A DNA stretch of 64,000 bases from sequence record NC_061441.1. One strand, written 5' to 3'. The translations under genes and the position numbers were made by a program. Positions 56,515-64,000 of the stretch are shown here, in pieces; the stretch's first letter is position 1, and each line of letters begins with the position of its first letter. The notes beneath the pieces are model-generated. The model was not told where the DNA came from and ran no database searches. It saw only the letters and a program-made list of their open reading frames with translations.

Positions 56515-57199
56515 CATGAAACCTGACTACACTCTGCTGAAACGTAGTAAGACGCACGAAGATGTTTTCGCTTTCGTGTTTGATGGCGAGTTGCTTGTTC
56601 AATTCAAAGCTGTCCAGTTGCATAAAGCTCTGACCGAAACGCTCAAAGCAAACTGCATCAATGAAGTCGATATCCTGTGGCGCGACGGTACGCGTACGGT
56701 CCAACAACTGGTTGTGCATCATACGCGTGAGTTCGTACAGTTCGACACTATCGTCCACAACTACAGCGTGTGCCTGATGCTTCGCGCACAAGGCGTTGGT
56801 CATTCGCTCGCTGTGCCTGTCGATGTTCGTTCTATGTATGATGCCGACGGCCCGATGATCAGTGAGATTCGCATTGATAGTGAAACAGTCGCTGATCTAA
56901 TGCGTCACATTAAAACCACGCCATACATTGATCCAGAAGAAGATGACGATGTTGGCGATATGGACGAAGATGATGATTGGGATGACGATGATCTCGATCC
57001 GACCGAGTTCCACGATATCGAAACAGAATCTATTGCCGATAACAAATTGCAGATTGGCGACTGGGGATATCGCGCCCACGACTGGGCGATCACTCTGACC
57101 GACGAACAGGTAGACCGCATTCACTTCCTCGAAGTCGGCATTGACCCTGACATTGAACTGCCTATTGCCGATGATGCTAAGAAGGACGCATTCTTCTAA
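56507..57199 (+). CDS. Hypothetical protein with acidic C-terminal half
   Basis: 230 aa. Confidence 0.75.
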   Translation: MNNMKPDYTLLKRSKTHEDVFAFVFDGELLVQFKAVQLHKALTETLKANCINEVDILWRDGTRTVQQLVVHHTREFVQFDTIVHNYSVCLMLRAQGVGHSLAVPVDVRSMYDADGPMISEIRIDSETVADLMRHIKTTPYIDPEEDDDVGDMDEDDDWDDDDLDPTEFHDIETESIADNKLQIGDWGYRAHDWAITLTDEQVDRIHFLEVGIDPDIELPIADDAKKDAFF

Positions 57200-57390
57200 T
57201 GAAAACGATCAACGAACAAGTCAACGAATTGAAACAGCGCGGCGTGCTTATCATCGAAGAACACCAGAAGCATACGCTGCCAGATTTGACCTTCACGCTT
57301 GACTGCATGTGTCTGCCTCATACGAAGCGTGAAGTAGAGACAACCACGCGCGGCCGCGTTGTTAAGATTCGCCTGACAAACATTCACTAA
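57199..57390 (+). CDS. Hypothetical protein
   Basis: TAATG overlap, 63 aa. Confidence 0.7.
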   Translation: MKTINEQVNELKQRGVLIIEEHQKHTLPDLTFTLDCMCLPHTKREVETTTRGRVVKIRLTNIH

Positions 57391-57534
57391 CTTTTGTGGT
57401 CTTGGCCCGCCCGTCCAGAAATGCTCACCCCCAATGAGGTGTCTCGCGCATAGGCATGACGGTCACCGGGTCCTTTTTAGAGCGCACTACAGAGTACGCT
57501 GTACAAAGTAAACAACAAAACAGGAGGCTGTTAT

Positions 57535-57879
57535 ATGCGTTTCACCGAAGTATCAAAAGACGCACAGGTTGCGTTAATGTCTAGCGCACTTGCGGGAGTA
57601 ATTGAGGCATTCACCCGCGAAGAAGATGATGAAGGCCGCAAGATTCTAGTTCTGGCCCTCAAGCAAGTCGGTCTGACGGTAGATGAGTTCAGCGCACTTA
57701 TCTCTGACTTGTCGCCAGAAGTTGAGCTTGAGATCGTTCGCGTTATGGAAGCTGCTGATGCCGAAGCGGATGAAGAAGACGCAGACAGCGAACTCGACAC
57801 GATGGAAGAGCGCCCAGGCAACCTGAACGATGCGCCGAACATTAATGCAGACGGCTGGGAGAATCTCAAAGATGAGTAG
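57535..57879 (+). CDS. Acidic hypothetical protein
   Basis: AGGAGG RBS. Confidence 0.8.
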   Translation: MRFTEVSKDAQVALMSSALAGVIEAFTREEDDEGRKILVLALKQVGLTVDEFSALISDLSPEVELEIVRVMEAADAEADEEDADSELDTMEERPGNLNDAPNINADGWENLKDE

Positions 57880-58075
57880 TCAAGATGATGTGAATGGTAG
57901 AATTGCTGCGGCCGACGAGCAACGTCAGAAAGAGCGTGAATCACGCTATGATGATTGGTCGATTGACGACCTGCGTGATGCTCTGCTTGAGAATGGTCTT
58001 GTATTTGACGGTGAAGACGTAGACGACTACAGCCGCGCAGACTGTATCAGACTGCTACTGGCTGATGGCTTCTAA
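57872..58075 (+). CDS. Small acidic protein with Rho_N/HeH-like module
   Basis: YDDWSIDDLRDALLENGL...SRADCIRLLL. Confidence 0.7.
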   Translation: MSSQDDVNGRIAAADEQRQKERESRYDDWSIDDLRDALLENGLVFDGEDVDDYSRADCIRLLLADGF

Positions 58076-58080
58076 GCACA

Positions 58081-58128
58081 AAACTGGACAAAATCGTGGT
58101 TGTCTCAAATAGCTGCCTGAACTATACT
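58081..58128 (+). promoter_or_regulatory. Early promoter cassette P9
   Basis: AAACTGGACAAAATCGTGG; TTGTCT-17-TATACT; 37 nt from the GG. Confidence 0.8.
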
Positions 58129-58176
58129 ATATAGACAGCGAGACAACTATCTCTCTGTATGCCTTTGTTATTGCTT

Positions 58177-58325
58177 GACCGTGCGTTTTTCGATTTTCCC
58201 GGACGCACGGTCCTTTTTAAAGTGGACTTCGCTGAGGTTCCTTTAAAAAGGGTTCGATACCCTTTGAGCGCGTCGGGCTTTACGCGGTTTCCGCCTTACG
58301 TGCTCTCATGCTAAACCGCAAAGGA
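58177..58325 (+). ncRNA. Candidate structured 5' leader/ncRNA (four hairpins plus alternative pairing)
   Basis: Stems 58177-58212, 58214-58249, 58247-58265 (TTCGATA loop), 58266-58305; GCGGTTT/AAACCGC next to the RBS. Confidence 0.5.
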
Positions 58326-58332
58326 AATTGAA

Positions 58333-59091
58333 ATGCCTACTACTTCACGTCCTAAGACAGAAGACAAGTTTTCCCGTGCTCGCGCCGCCAAAAACTCACC
58401 TGAGCGTCAGGCCGCGGCCACCAAGAAAACGCCACGAGGTCCTTCCTCGGTTCGTCCTAAATCAACGGCAGATCGTGAGCCTAAGATTCGTGACGAGGAG
58501 CGTGTGTACAATCTCGTACATGCAATTCTGAGCGCGTGGAAAGCTGATGTGGGACATGCCGAAAACACGGCAGCCTCTGCTGGTATCATCAAAGTGTCTC
58601 GCCGTAAAATTGAAGGCTCCTTGCGTGACCTCAAGAATACGCGCTTCACTAAAATCCCGACGCTCATTAATGACGTCCTCGTGTATAACGAAGTCTGCAA
58701 TGAGTTCGGGCAGTGGGTGTACGTTGAGCATGACAGTCCTGATTGGATTTTCGTGCGACTGCCGGATAACAGCACACCTGTGATTCGTGCTGATATCAGC
58801 TACGACAAGACAGGCAAAACTGCCGCATCTGTTTCAACTTCAAGCGAAGTTTTGCTGGAAGACTTGGACGAAGAAGAGGAAGATGAAATCCCTGAGAACG
58901 TCGAATATGACGACGAGGACGATTCTGATGTGAATGAAGAAGAGGACGACGAGGAGGAGTACCAGTCCTGGTCCCTCAGCCAACTTCAAAACTTTGCTAA
59001 GGCCGAAGGTTACATCGGCATCAAAGATGAAGGTTGGAACGACCGCCAGACGCTTCTTGCTCGCATCCTGAATAAGGGAGCAATCAAATGA
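58333..59091 (+). CDS. Hypothetical protein: basic N-terminus, acidic linker, C-terminal Rho_N/HeH-like module
   Basis: YQSWSLSQLQNFAKAEGY...RQTLLARIL; AAGGA RBS. Confidence 0.8.
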   Translation: MPTTSRPKTEDKFSRARAAKNSPERQAAATKKTPRGPSSVRPKSTADREPKIRDEERVYNLVHAILSAWKADVGHAENTAASAGIIKVSRRKIEGSLRDLKNTRFTKIPTLINDVLVYNEVCNEFGQWVYVEHDSPDWIFVRLPDNSTPVIRADISYDKTGKTAASVSTSSEVLLEDLDEEEEDEIPENVEYDDEDDSDVNEEEDDEEEYQSWSLSQLQNFAKAEGYIGIKDEGWNDRQTLLARILNKGAIK

Positions 59092-59537
59092 GTCTGACTA
59101 TTCGCTCTGCTGCCGAAACTGCTGCAATGATCATTGAAAACGTCACTCTCTACTCTCAAGAGAAGGGGCACGAATATCCGCTGCCGCGCTTTAAGATGCC
59201 CGACAATGCGATACGTCGAATCTCTGGTCATGCTCGCGTTCTGCCTGAAAGCTATATTGAGCAACTGTCTATCGAGCTGCAACAAATCGACTGGATGATG
59301 CTGCGGTATAACGCCGGCGAGTTCTTGTTCATGCACTACGATATCCCAAAGAACTGGACGCGACTGAGTGCGAAGCGTGTGGTCCCTAATGACGACCCTG
59401 CCGCTGAGTACGATACGTGGACGCTTCCTGAACTTCAGGGATTCGCTCAACGTAACGACTTTTTGCAGCCTGACGAAGAGGGCTTCAACGATAGAGCGTC
59501 ACTGATTCGCGCTATCATGCTAGGCGAGACCCATTGA
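59088..59537 (+). CDS. Hypothetical protein with C-terminal Rho_N/HeH-like module
   Basis: YDTWTLPELQGFAQRNDF...RASLIRAIM. Confidence 0.8.
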   Translation: MSLTIRSAAETAAMIIENVTLYSQEKGHEYPLPRFKMPDNAIRRISGHARVLPESYIEQLSIELQQIDWMMLRYNAGEFLFMHYDIPKNWTRLSAKRVVPNDDPAAEYDTWTLPELQGFAQRNDFLQPDEEGFNDRASLIRAIMLGETH

Positions 59538-59555
59538 GTAGGGGAAGATAATCGA

Positions 59556-59702
59556 ATGAACAAATCTAAGCGGGACGCAGAAGACCCCGACATTGCTAAA
59601 ATGCGCAAGCGTCTGGTAGATGCGAAAATCATCAAGCCAGAAGCTGCTGTGAAGCTGTCAAGCAATGACATTGTGAAGCTGTACACTTACTACAGCGTAT
59701 AA
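59556..59702 (+). CDS. 48-aa protein (MNKSKRDAED...YYSV), absent from the ORF track
   Basis: GGGGA RBS; KMRKRLVDAKII..EAAVKLSSNDIVKLY resembles the C-terminus of 59868..61457. Confidence 0.7.
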   Translation: MNKSKRDAEDPDIAKMRKRLVDAKIIKPEAAVKLSSNDIVKLYTYYSV

Positions 59703-59755
59703 GCAATAATGAGCAGGCAGTGAACGTGCTGCCTGCTATCTGCGAAGTATGCAGA

Positions 59756-59804
59756 AAACTGGACAAAATCGTGGTTGTTATCTGAAAGCAACCTATGCTA
59801 TACT
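59756..59804 (+). promoter_or_regulatory. Early promoter cassette P10
   Basis: AAAACTGGACAAAATCGTGG; TTGTTA-18-TATACT; hairpin GACGC-AATATC-GCGTC. Confidence 0.8.
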
Positions 59805-59867
59805 TAATGCAGACGCAATATCGCGTCGGCAAGCAAATCAAACAACAAATACTGAGGAGTATTAATC

Positions 59868-61457
59868 ATGGCACGTCTGGAAACTAACACTAACCTGGTT
59901 GGCAAAACTATCATCCTGCTGAACGGCACCAAATCTAAAATCGAAGATGCAATCGCGTCTGGCTATAAAGTGAAGGGCCAGTCAAAACGTATCGCCACCC
60001 GCTGCGTCATCAAAGAAGGTTCTCACTTCCGCGAAATTGAGCGCATGAACATGAGCCAGCTGGAAGATACTGGTGAAGGTTACGTTAAACTGAAAGATGC
60101 GAAAGCGTCTGGTAAGAAAGCTGGCGCGAAAGAGAAAGAGCCGAAAGCGTCTGGCAAGAAGACTGGCGGCAAAGCTACGGCCAAAGAGAAAGAGCCGAAA
60201 GTTCGCCGTAAGTCTTCTAAAGAGCAAGGCGATGAGTATCAGGCTCTGGCGAAAGAAATCATCAAAGGCGGCAAACGTGCTGCGCCAGTTGAAATCGACG
60301 AGATCGATGGCGACCTGACTGATACCGTTGCTCAACGTCTGGTAGACGTACTGAACAATACCGAAATCGCCAAGCTGTGCGCTGACAACAAAACGCCGAT
60401 CGCTAACGCCATCGAAGTTGCTTACGGCGCTGAGTTCGCACCTGAAACAAACGTCATGCAGATCACGCTGAGCCTGCAATACGCGAAGCCTGTTAAAACG
60501 CAGTCATCTTCTACGCTGGAAAACGCCGATGCAATCGCGGCCCGTGCTAAGAAAATGATCGCGCCGAAGCTGTCTAAGAAACTCGCTAAGGCGATTCGTG
60601 AAGCGTTCGGCCTGGAAGACGCCGCCGAGCTTGAAGCTGGTACCGTGTTGTTGTCTGACGGCGCTGAGTTCGTCTTCTGCGGCGAGAGCGCGAAGCACCT
60701 CGGCAAAGCGCTGCTGTATGTTGTAGAGACCGACAAGTTCAAATCTGTTGTAGGCTCTGCGCTGGCTGATTACGAAATTGGTCAGGAAGAAGAAGAGGAA
60801 GAAGAGGAAGACCTCGAGGAAGAGGAGTCTGAGGAAGAAGAAGAAGAGGAGGAGGAGGAGGAAGAAGAAGACGGCGAAGAAGACGACGGTGAGTCTGACG
60901 ATACTGAATACCAGTATGTGGCCGTGACCAAAGATCATACCAACATGATCAACAAGAAAGTCACCGCTAAGTATCACGCCGCGCTGGCTGAGCGCTTCAA
61001 CACAACCGAAGAAGCTCTGGTACCTGGCCTCGTGTTGACTGACGGCGAAACAACGTTCGCTTACCTGGGCTGTGATAGCAAAGGTGGTCTGCTGGTCATC
61101 GACGTTGAAGCTGAGGAGAACGAAGAAGACGTTCTGCTGTATAGCAAAGCCGATATCAAAGAACTGACCGACTTCAATCCTGTGCTGGATGACGTAGAAG
61201 GCGCTGCCGATGATGAAGGCGAAGAAGAAGACGGTGAAGAAGACGGTGAAGAAGAAGACGGTGAAGAAGATCTGGACGAAGAAGACGGCGAAGAGGAAGA
61301 AGACGACGAAGACTTCGACTTCGATGATGTTCCTGCCGTTGACCTGAAAGATCTGTCCGAAGACGAACTGCGTGACCGTGTCGTTGAAGCCGGCCTGACC
61401 ACCGTGCGTAAAGCTGACAAAATGAACGCGGCTCAACTGCGCAAGCTCCTGAAATAA
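59868..61457 (+). CDS. Large multi-domain protein with Lys-rich and Glu/Asp-rich IDRs
   Basis: 529 aa; KASGKK/KEKEPK repeats, poly-E tracts, terminal helix-pair module. Confidence 0.85.
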   Translation: MARLETNTNLVGKTIILLNGTKSKIEDAIASGYKVKGQSKRIATRCVIKEGSHFREIERMNMSQLEDTGEGYVKLKDAKASGKKAGAKEKEPKASGKKTGGKATAKEKEPKVRRKSSKEQGDEYQALAKEIIKGGKRAAPVEIDEIDGDLTDTVAQRLVDVLNNTEIAKLCADNKTPIANAIEVAYGAEFAPETNVMQITLSLQYAKPVKTQSSSTLENADAIAARAKKMIAPKLSKKLAKAIREAFGLEDAAELEAGTVLLSDGAEFVFCGESAKHLGKALLYVVETDKFKSVVGSALADYEIGQEEEEEEEEDLEEEESEEEEEEEEEEEEEDGEEDDGESDDTEYQYVAVTKDHTNMINKKVTAKYHAALAERFNTTEEALVPGLVLTDGETTFAYLGCDSKGGLLVIDVEAEENEEDVLLYSKADIKELTDFNPVLDDVEGAADDEGEEEDGEEDGEEEDGEEDLDEEDGEEEEDDEDFDFDDVPAVDLKDLSEDELRDRVVEAGLTTVRKADKMNAAQLRKLLK

Positions 61458-61482
61458 ACCTGTAGTATCGCAACACTGAATA

Positions 61483-61509
61483 ATGTACGCCTCAGACAGG
61501 GGCGTACAT
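61483..61509. other. Intergenic hairpin without U-tract
   Basis: ATGTACGCC-N9-GGCGTACAT. Confidence 0.6.
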
Positions 61510-61540
61510 CTGACAACTAAGCTGATTGAGGAATCACACT

Positions 61541-62791
61541 ATGTCAAACGCAAACAAAATTCTGCTTAACGCCCGTGTTCGTCGTACTGATGGCACCATC
61601 ACTTACATCAACAAAGTAAACGCTAACGGTTATAGCACCGACGCGAAAGGCCCGCAGATTCCTGTGAAGCGCATTGTGTTCGCAGGCAAAACGCTGAAAG
61701 AGATTGAACAGCCATTCGCAAAAGGCGAGTACGTGATTGTGCAGGGTGTCGCTGTGAAGTTGAACAAGCGCCAGCAACGTGAACTGGCTGATGGTACTCT
61801 CGACGAGAAAGCGCTGCGTCCTGAGTTTGGCCGTTTGGTTATCATCGACCCTGAAACAGGCAAAGCAACTGACGGCAAGAAAGTGAAGCCGAAAGCTGAC
61901 AAGAAAGACGGTGGCCTGAAAGCTACGCGCAAGCATAGCGGCGATACCAGCACGAAGAAAGAGCGCAAAGCTGAGAAGGCGAATCTGAAAGACGACCTTG
62001 ACTTCATTCAGTCTGACAAGATTGACCGTAAAGCCGAACTCGTCAAGCTCCTCGATGGCTCTATCGCTGACGCGAATACGAAAGAGCGCCGTAAGCAATT
62101 GTCCGAAGCGTTTGACATGGACTGGAAAGATCTTAAAAAGCACGGCGGTAAAGGTGTTGTCAAACATCTCGGCCGCAAGGCAGCACAAAGCGCCGTTGAC
62201 CGTCTGTCTGCTACGCTGACGCAAGACGCATTCATCAAACAAATGCCGACTGAGTTGAAGCGCCTGATTCAAGACCGTCGTCTGGTTCTGAATAAGCGTC
62301 AGATTGAAGCTGTACTCTCTGCATTGGGTCTGGACGTTAAGTTCTACGCCATCGCAATGCAAACGCTGCTGGGTAACCTGTCGCTCGCTGTAGACGACAC
62401 GGCCGTGAATCCCAAAGCAGGTAAGAAAGCAAAGAAGCGCAAACCAGCAAAGCCTGAGTATGCGTCTGATAAAGAAATAAAGCGCCGTATCAAAAAGATG
62501 AAAGTCAGTTTGATCATGCCTCCTAAGAGCGAAATCAAAACGGCTAAAGCTCACCTGAAACAAGCGAAAGCCATTCTCGCCGACAAGCTGGGTATCTCGG
62601 CGAAAGATATCAAGCGCGGTCTGATCGTGCATCATAAGAACGGCGTTGACTACATGTTCGTTGCGTGTGACCTGCGCGGACCAATCTTCATCGACAAAGA
62701 TGGTGATCCGTCTGTGTATACCTACGCCAACCTCGAATCGACTTTCGACTTCACGCTGGCGAAATCTTCTGAGCTGGATGAGGCTGTATGA
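61541..62791 (+). CDS. Basic protein paralogous (N- and C-terminal domains) to 59868..61457
   Basis: GAGGA RBS; DGT..YI..V...GY...I....V..G....EIE. Confidence 0.8.
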   Translation: MSNANKILLNARVRRTDGTITYINKVNANGYSTDAKGPQIPVKRIVFAGKTLKEIEQPFAKGEYVIVQGVAVKLNKRQQRELADGTLDEKALRPEFGRLVIIDPETGKATDGKKVKPKADKKDGGLKATRKHSGDTSTKKERKAEKANLKDDLDFIQSDKIDRKAELVKLLDGSIADANTKERRKQLSEAFDMDWKDLKKHGGKGVVKHLGRKAAQSAVDRLSATLTQDAFIKQMPTELKRLIQDRRLVLNKRQIEAVLSALGLDVKFYAIAMQTLLGNLSLAVDDTAVNPKAGKKAKKRKPAKPEYASDKEIKRRIKKMKVSLIMPPKSEIKTAKAHLKQAKAILADKLGISAKDIKRGLIVHHKNGVDYMFVACDLRGPIFIDKDGDPSVYTYANLESTFDFTLAKSSELDEAV

Positions 62792-63171
62792 CAAATAACG
62801 AAATACTCCTGTCTGGTATGTTTGCTCAACTGTATGCGCGGCTGGTAACGGCCGCAATACTGAAAACGCATGTGTTCTATTCTGACTTGGCCCCGATAGT
62901 ATTCGGCATCCAACTGTCCGAAGTGAGCACTGCGCAATATGACGCTCTGTGGGGTTTAGTAGCGACTTCTATGAGCGTCGATATCTCGCATGGAAGAGCA
63001 CCGCTTGCTGCGCTCTATGTGTCGCGGTCAACTGATGATAAGAAGCCGAGCCGCAAGTTCTTCCGTGAGTATCACAAGATTACAGGCAAGCATCTGTCGG
63101 ACAAAGAGTGGCAAGCACTCGTCCAGCAGGTGTACACTCAATACGAATCAAATCTCCGAGAGCCATCATGA
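62788..63171 (+). CDS. Hypothetical protein
   Basis: ATGA overlap, GAGG RBS. Confidence 0.7.
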   Translation: MTNNEILLSGMFAQLYARLVTAAILKTHVFYSDLAPIVFGIQLSEVSTAQYDALWGLVATSMSVDISHGRAPLAALYVSRSTDDKKPSRKFFREYHKITGKHLSDKEWQALVQQVYTQYESNLREPS

Positions 63172-63629
63172 AAAAAGCAAAGGTAGTAATTAGTCGTGGT
63201 GGATATCGACCGGCCTCCCACGAAGAAGCACAAAAGCTGGTGGTCGAAATGTTGTTAGCTTCAATCGGCGTTGACCCTACTATACTGAGCCAGCAAATGC
63301 TGTTGAACGTTGCGAACTATAACTTCCTGACGTCAATCGCAGATACAGGCAAAGCAAATAACGCGAACCAGACAACTCTGCATAAAACTGTAAAAGAACT
63401 TAATGCGTTTTGTAGATTGCACAAGATTCCGCTGGGCTTGCTAATTATGCCCCATACATCGGCTAGTGATTATGCTGGTGATGAGGTTGTAGCGATTCCG
63501 TGGGAGCATGTGCGTAAAAACACATTAAGCCAGAACGCTGTCAATTCCCTGTTCCAAACAGTCGAAGCTGATGGCTATCCGCAGTTTGTGACTGACGCGA
63601 AAACAGTAGAGGAATACAATGTTTTATGA
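63168..63629 (+). CDS. Hypothetical protein
   Basis: ATGA overlap at 63168. Confidence 0.7.
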   Translation: MKKAKVVISRGGYRPASHEEAQKLVVEMLLASIGVDPTILSQQMLLNVANYNFLTSIADTGKANNANQTTLHKTVKELNAFCRLHKIPLGLLIMPHTSASDYAGDEVVAIPWEHVRKNTLSQNAVNSLFQTVEADGYPQFVTDAKTVEEYNVL

Positions 63630-64000
63630 TCACGTATTCAACCACGACGAAAAGCTAACGCTCTTGTCGGTGGCTGAGTCTAAATTCCTGGTGCGGCTCG
63701 ACTGCCCTGATTACTTGAAGAAGTCGAAGCACTCAATTGAGATTCGCCACACTGTAACGAACCGCGGCGAGCAACGTCGAAGCGGTGTTGTGAATACAAC
63801 CTTTGTTCCGCGTATTCATACTGCAACCGTTCAGCGTTTGGTGCGTGAAGTTCGTGACAATGCTAACGTTAGTTCTGCGAACAGCCTAGCCGCGTTGTTC
63901 GAACTTGGCCTGGGTGTGCCTAAGCAAAAGGACATTGCAACGTACCTGCGAGACTACTCGCGTGATAACGATAAGAAGGGCGTGGGCATCAAATATATCC
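63619..64000 (+). CDS. Hypothetical protein, partial (runs off window end); MFYDHVFNHDEK...
   Basis: GAGGA RBS; I read the frame open to 64000. Confidence 0.7.
   Translation, partial: MFYDHVFNHDEKLTLLSVAESKFLVRLDCPDYLKKSKHSIEIRHTVTNRGEQRRSGVVNTTFVPRIHTATVQRLVREVRDNANVSSANSLAALFELGLGVPKQKDIATYLRDYSRDNDKKGVGIKYI

Noticed and set aside
58247-58265. Possible tRNA gene (GGTTCGATACC T-arm)
   Set aside because: No acceptor stem, D arm or anticodon arm can be built around it; kept only as a T-loop-like hairpin
60785-60900. GAA/GAG/GAC trinucleotide runs (also 16010-16150) as phase-variable microsatellites
   Set aside because: In-frame, codon-mixed runs encoding acidic tracts, not pure slippage repeats
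61544-62857. 437-aa minus-strand ORF, and similar long antisense ORFs at 60504..61436, 54189..55001, 45490..46251, 16830..17687 and 5101..5769
   Set aside because: Each lies fully opposite a well-supported plus-strand gene, lacks an RBS and motifs, and is explained by codon bias or low complexity

Overview
Window of a large lytic (jumbo) dsDNA phage, probably infecting Enterobacterales. A resemblance to Erwinia Y3/Yoloswag/Alexandra- and Dickeya JA/AD1-type myoviruses is inferred from gene content only; no search was run. About 0-24 kb is a core replication/recombination/transcription and structural block: RuvC-like resolvase, Ig-repeat virion protein, DnaG-type primase, Cas4-like PD-(D/E)XK exonuclease, sigma70-like factor, gp32-like SSB, intein-containing RecA/UvsX, plus Acb1-like and AcrVA2/FinQ-like anti-defence candidates. 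About 24.3-64 kb is a co-oriented early/accessory region of mostly small unknown genes. It contains NADAR-like, GNAT-like, Tpt1/KptA, radical SAM, DksA/YbiI, UvsE, dUTPase, lytic transglycosylase and HD-domain genes. Two promoter classes are visible. A ten-copy GGnnnAAAT(A/C)G-N-extended -10 cassette, usually followed by a short hairpin, marks the early region. An AATCTGTAAATA motif occurs in the core region. The most notable unexplained items are an AcrVA2-like gene sandwiched between two paralogues behind a 19-bp direct repeat, a family of Rho_N/HeH-like docking modules on five consecutive genes, a multi-hairpin 5' leader with a T-loop and an RBS-adjacent alternative pairing, a radical SAM enzyme with a C[SG][FY]-repeat tail, and a RecA intein whose endonuclease region has become strongly acidic. 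No CRISPR array, tRNA or rRNA was recognised. Family assignments come from motif recognition and recalled reference sequences and need HMM or structure confirmation.
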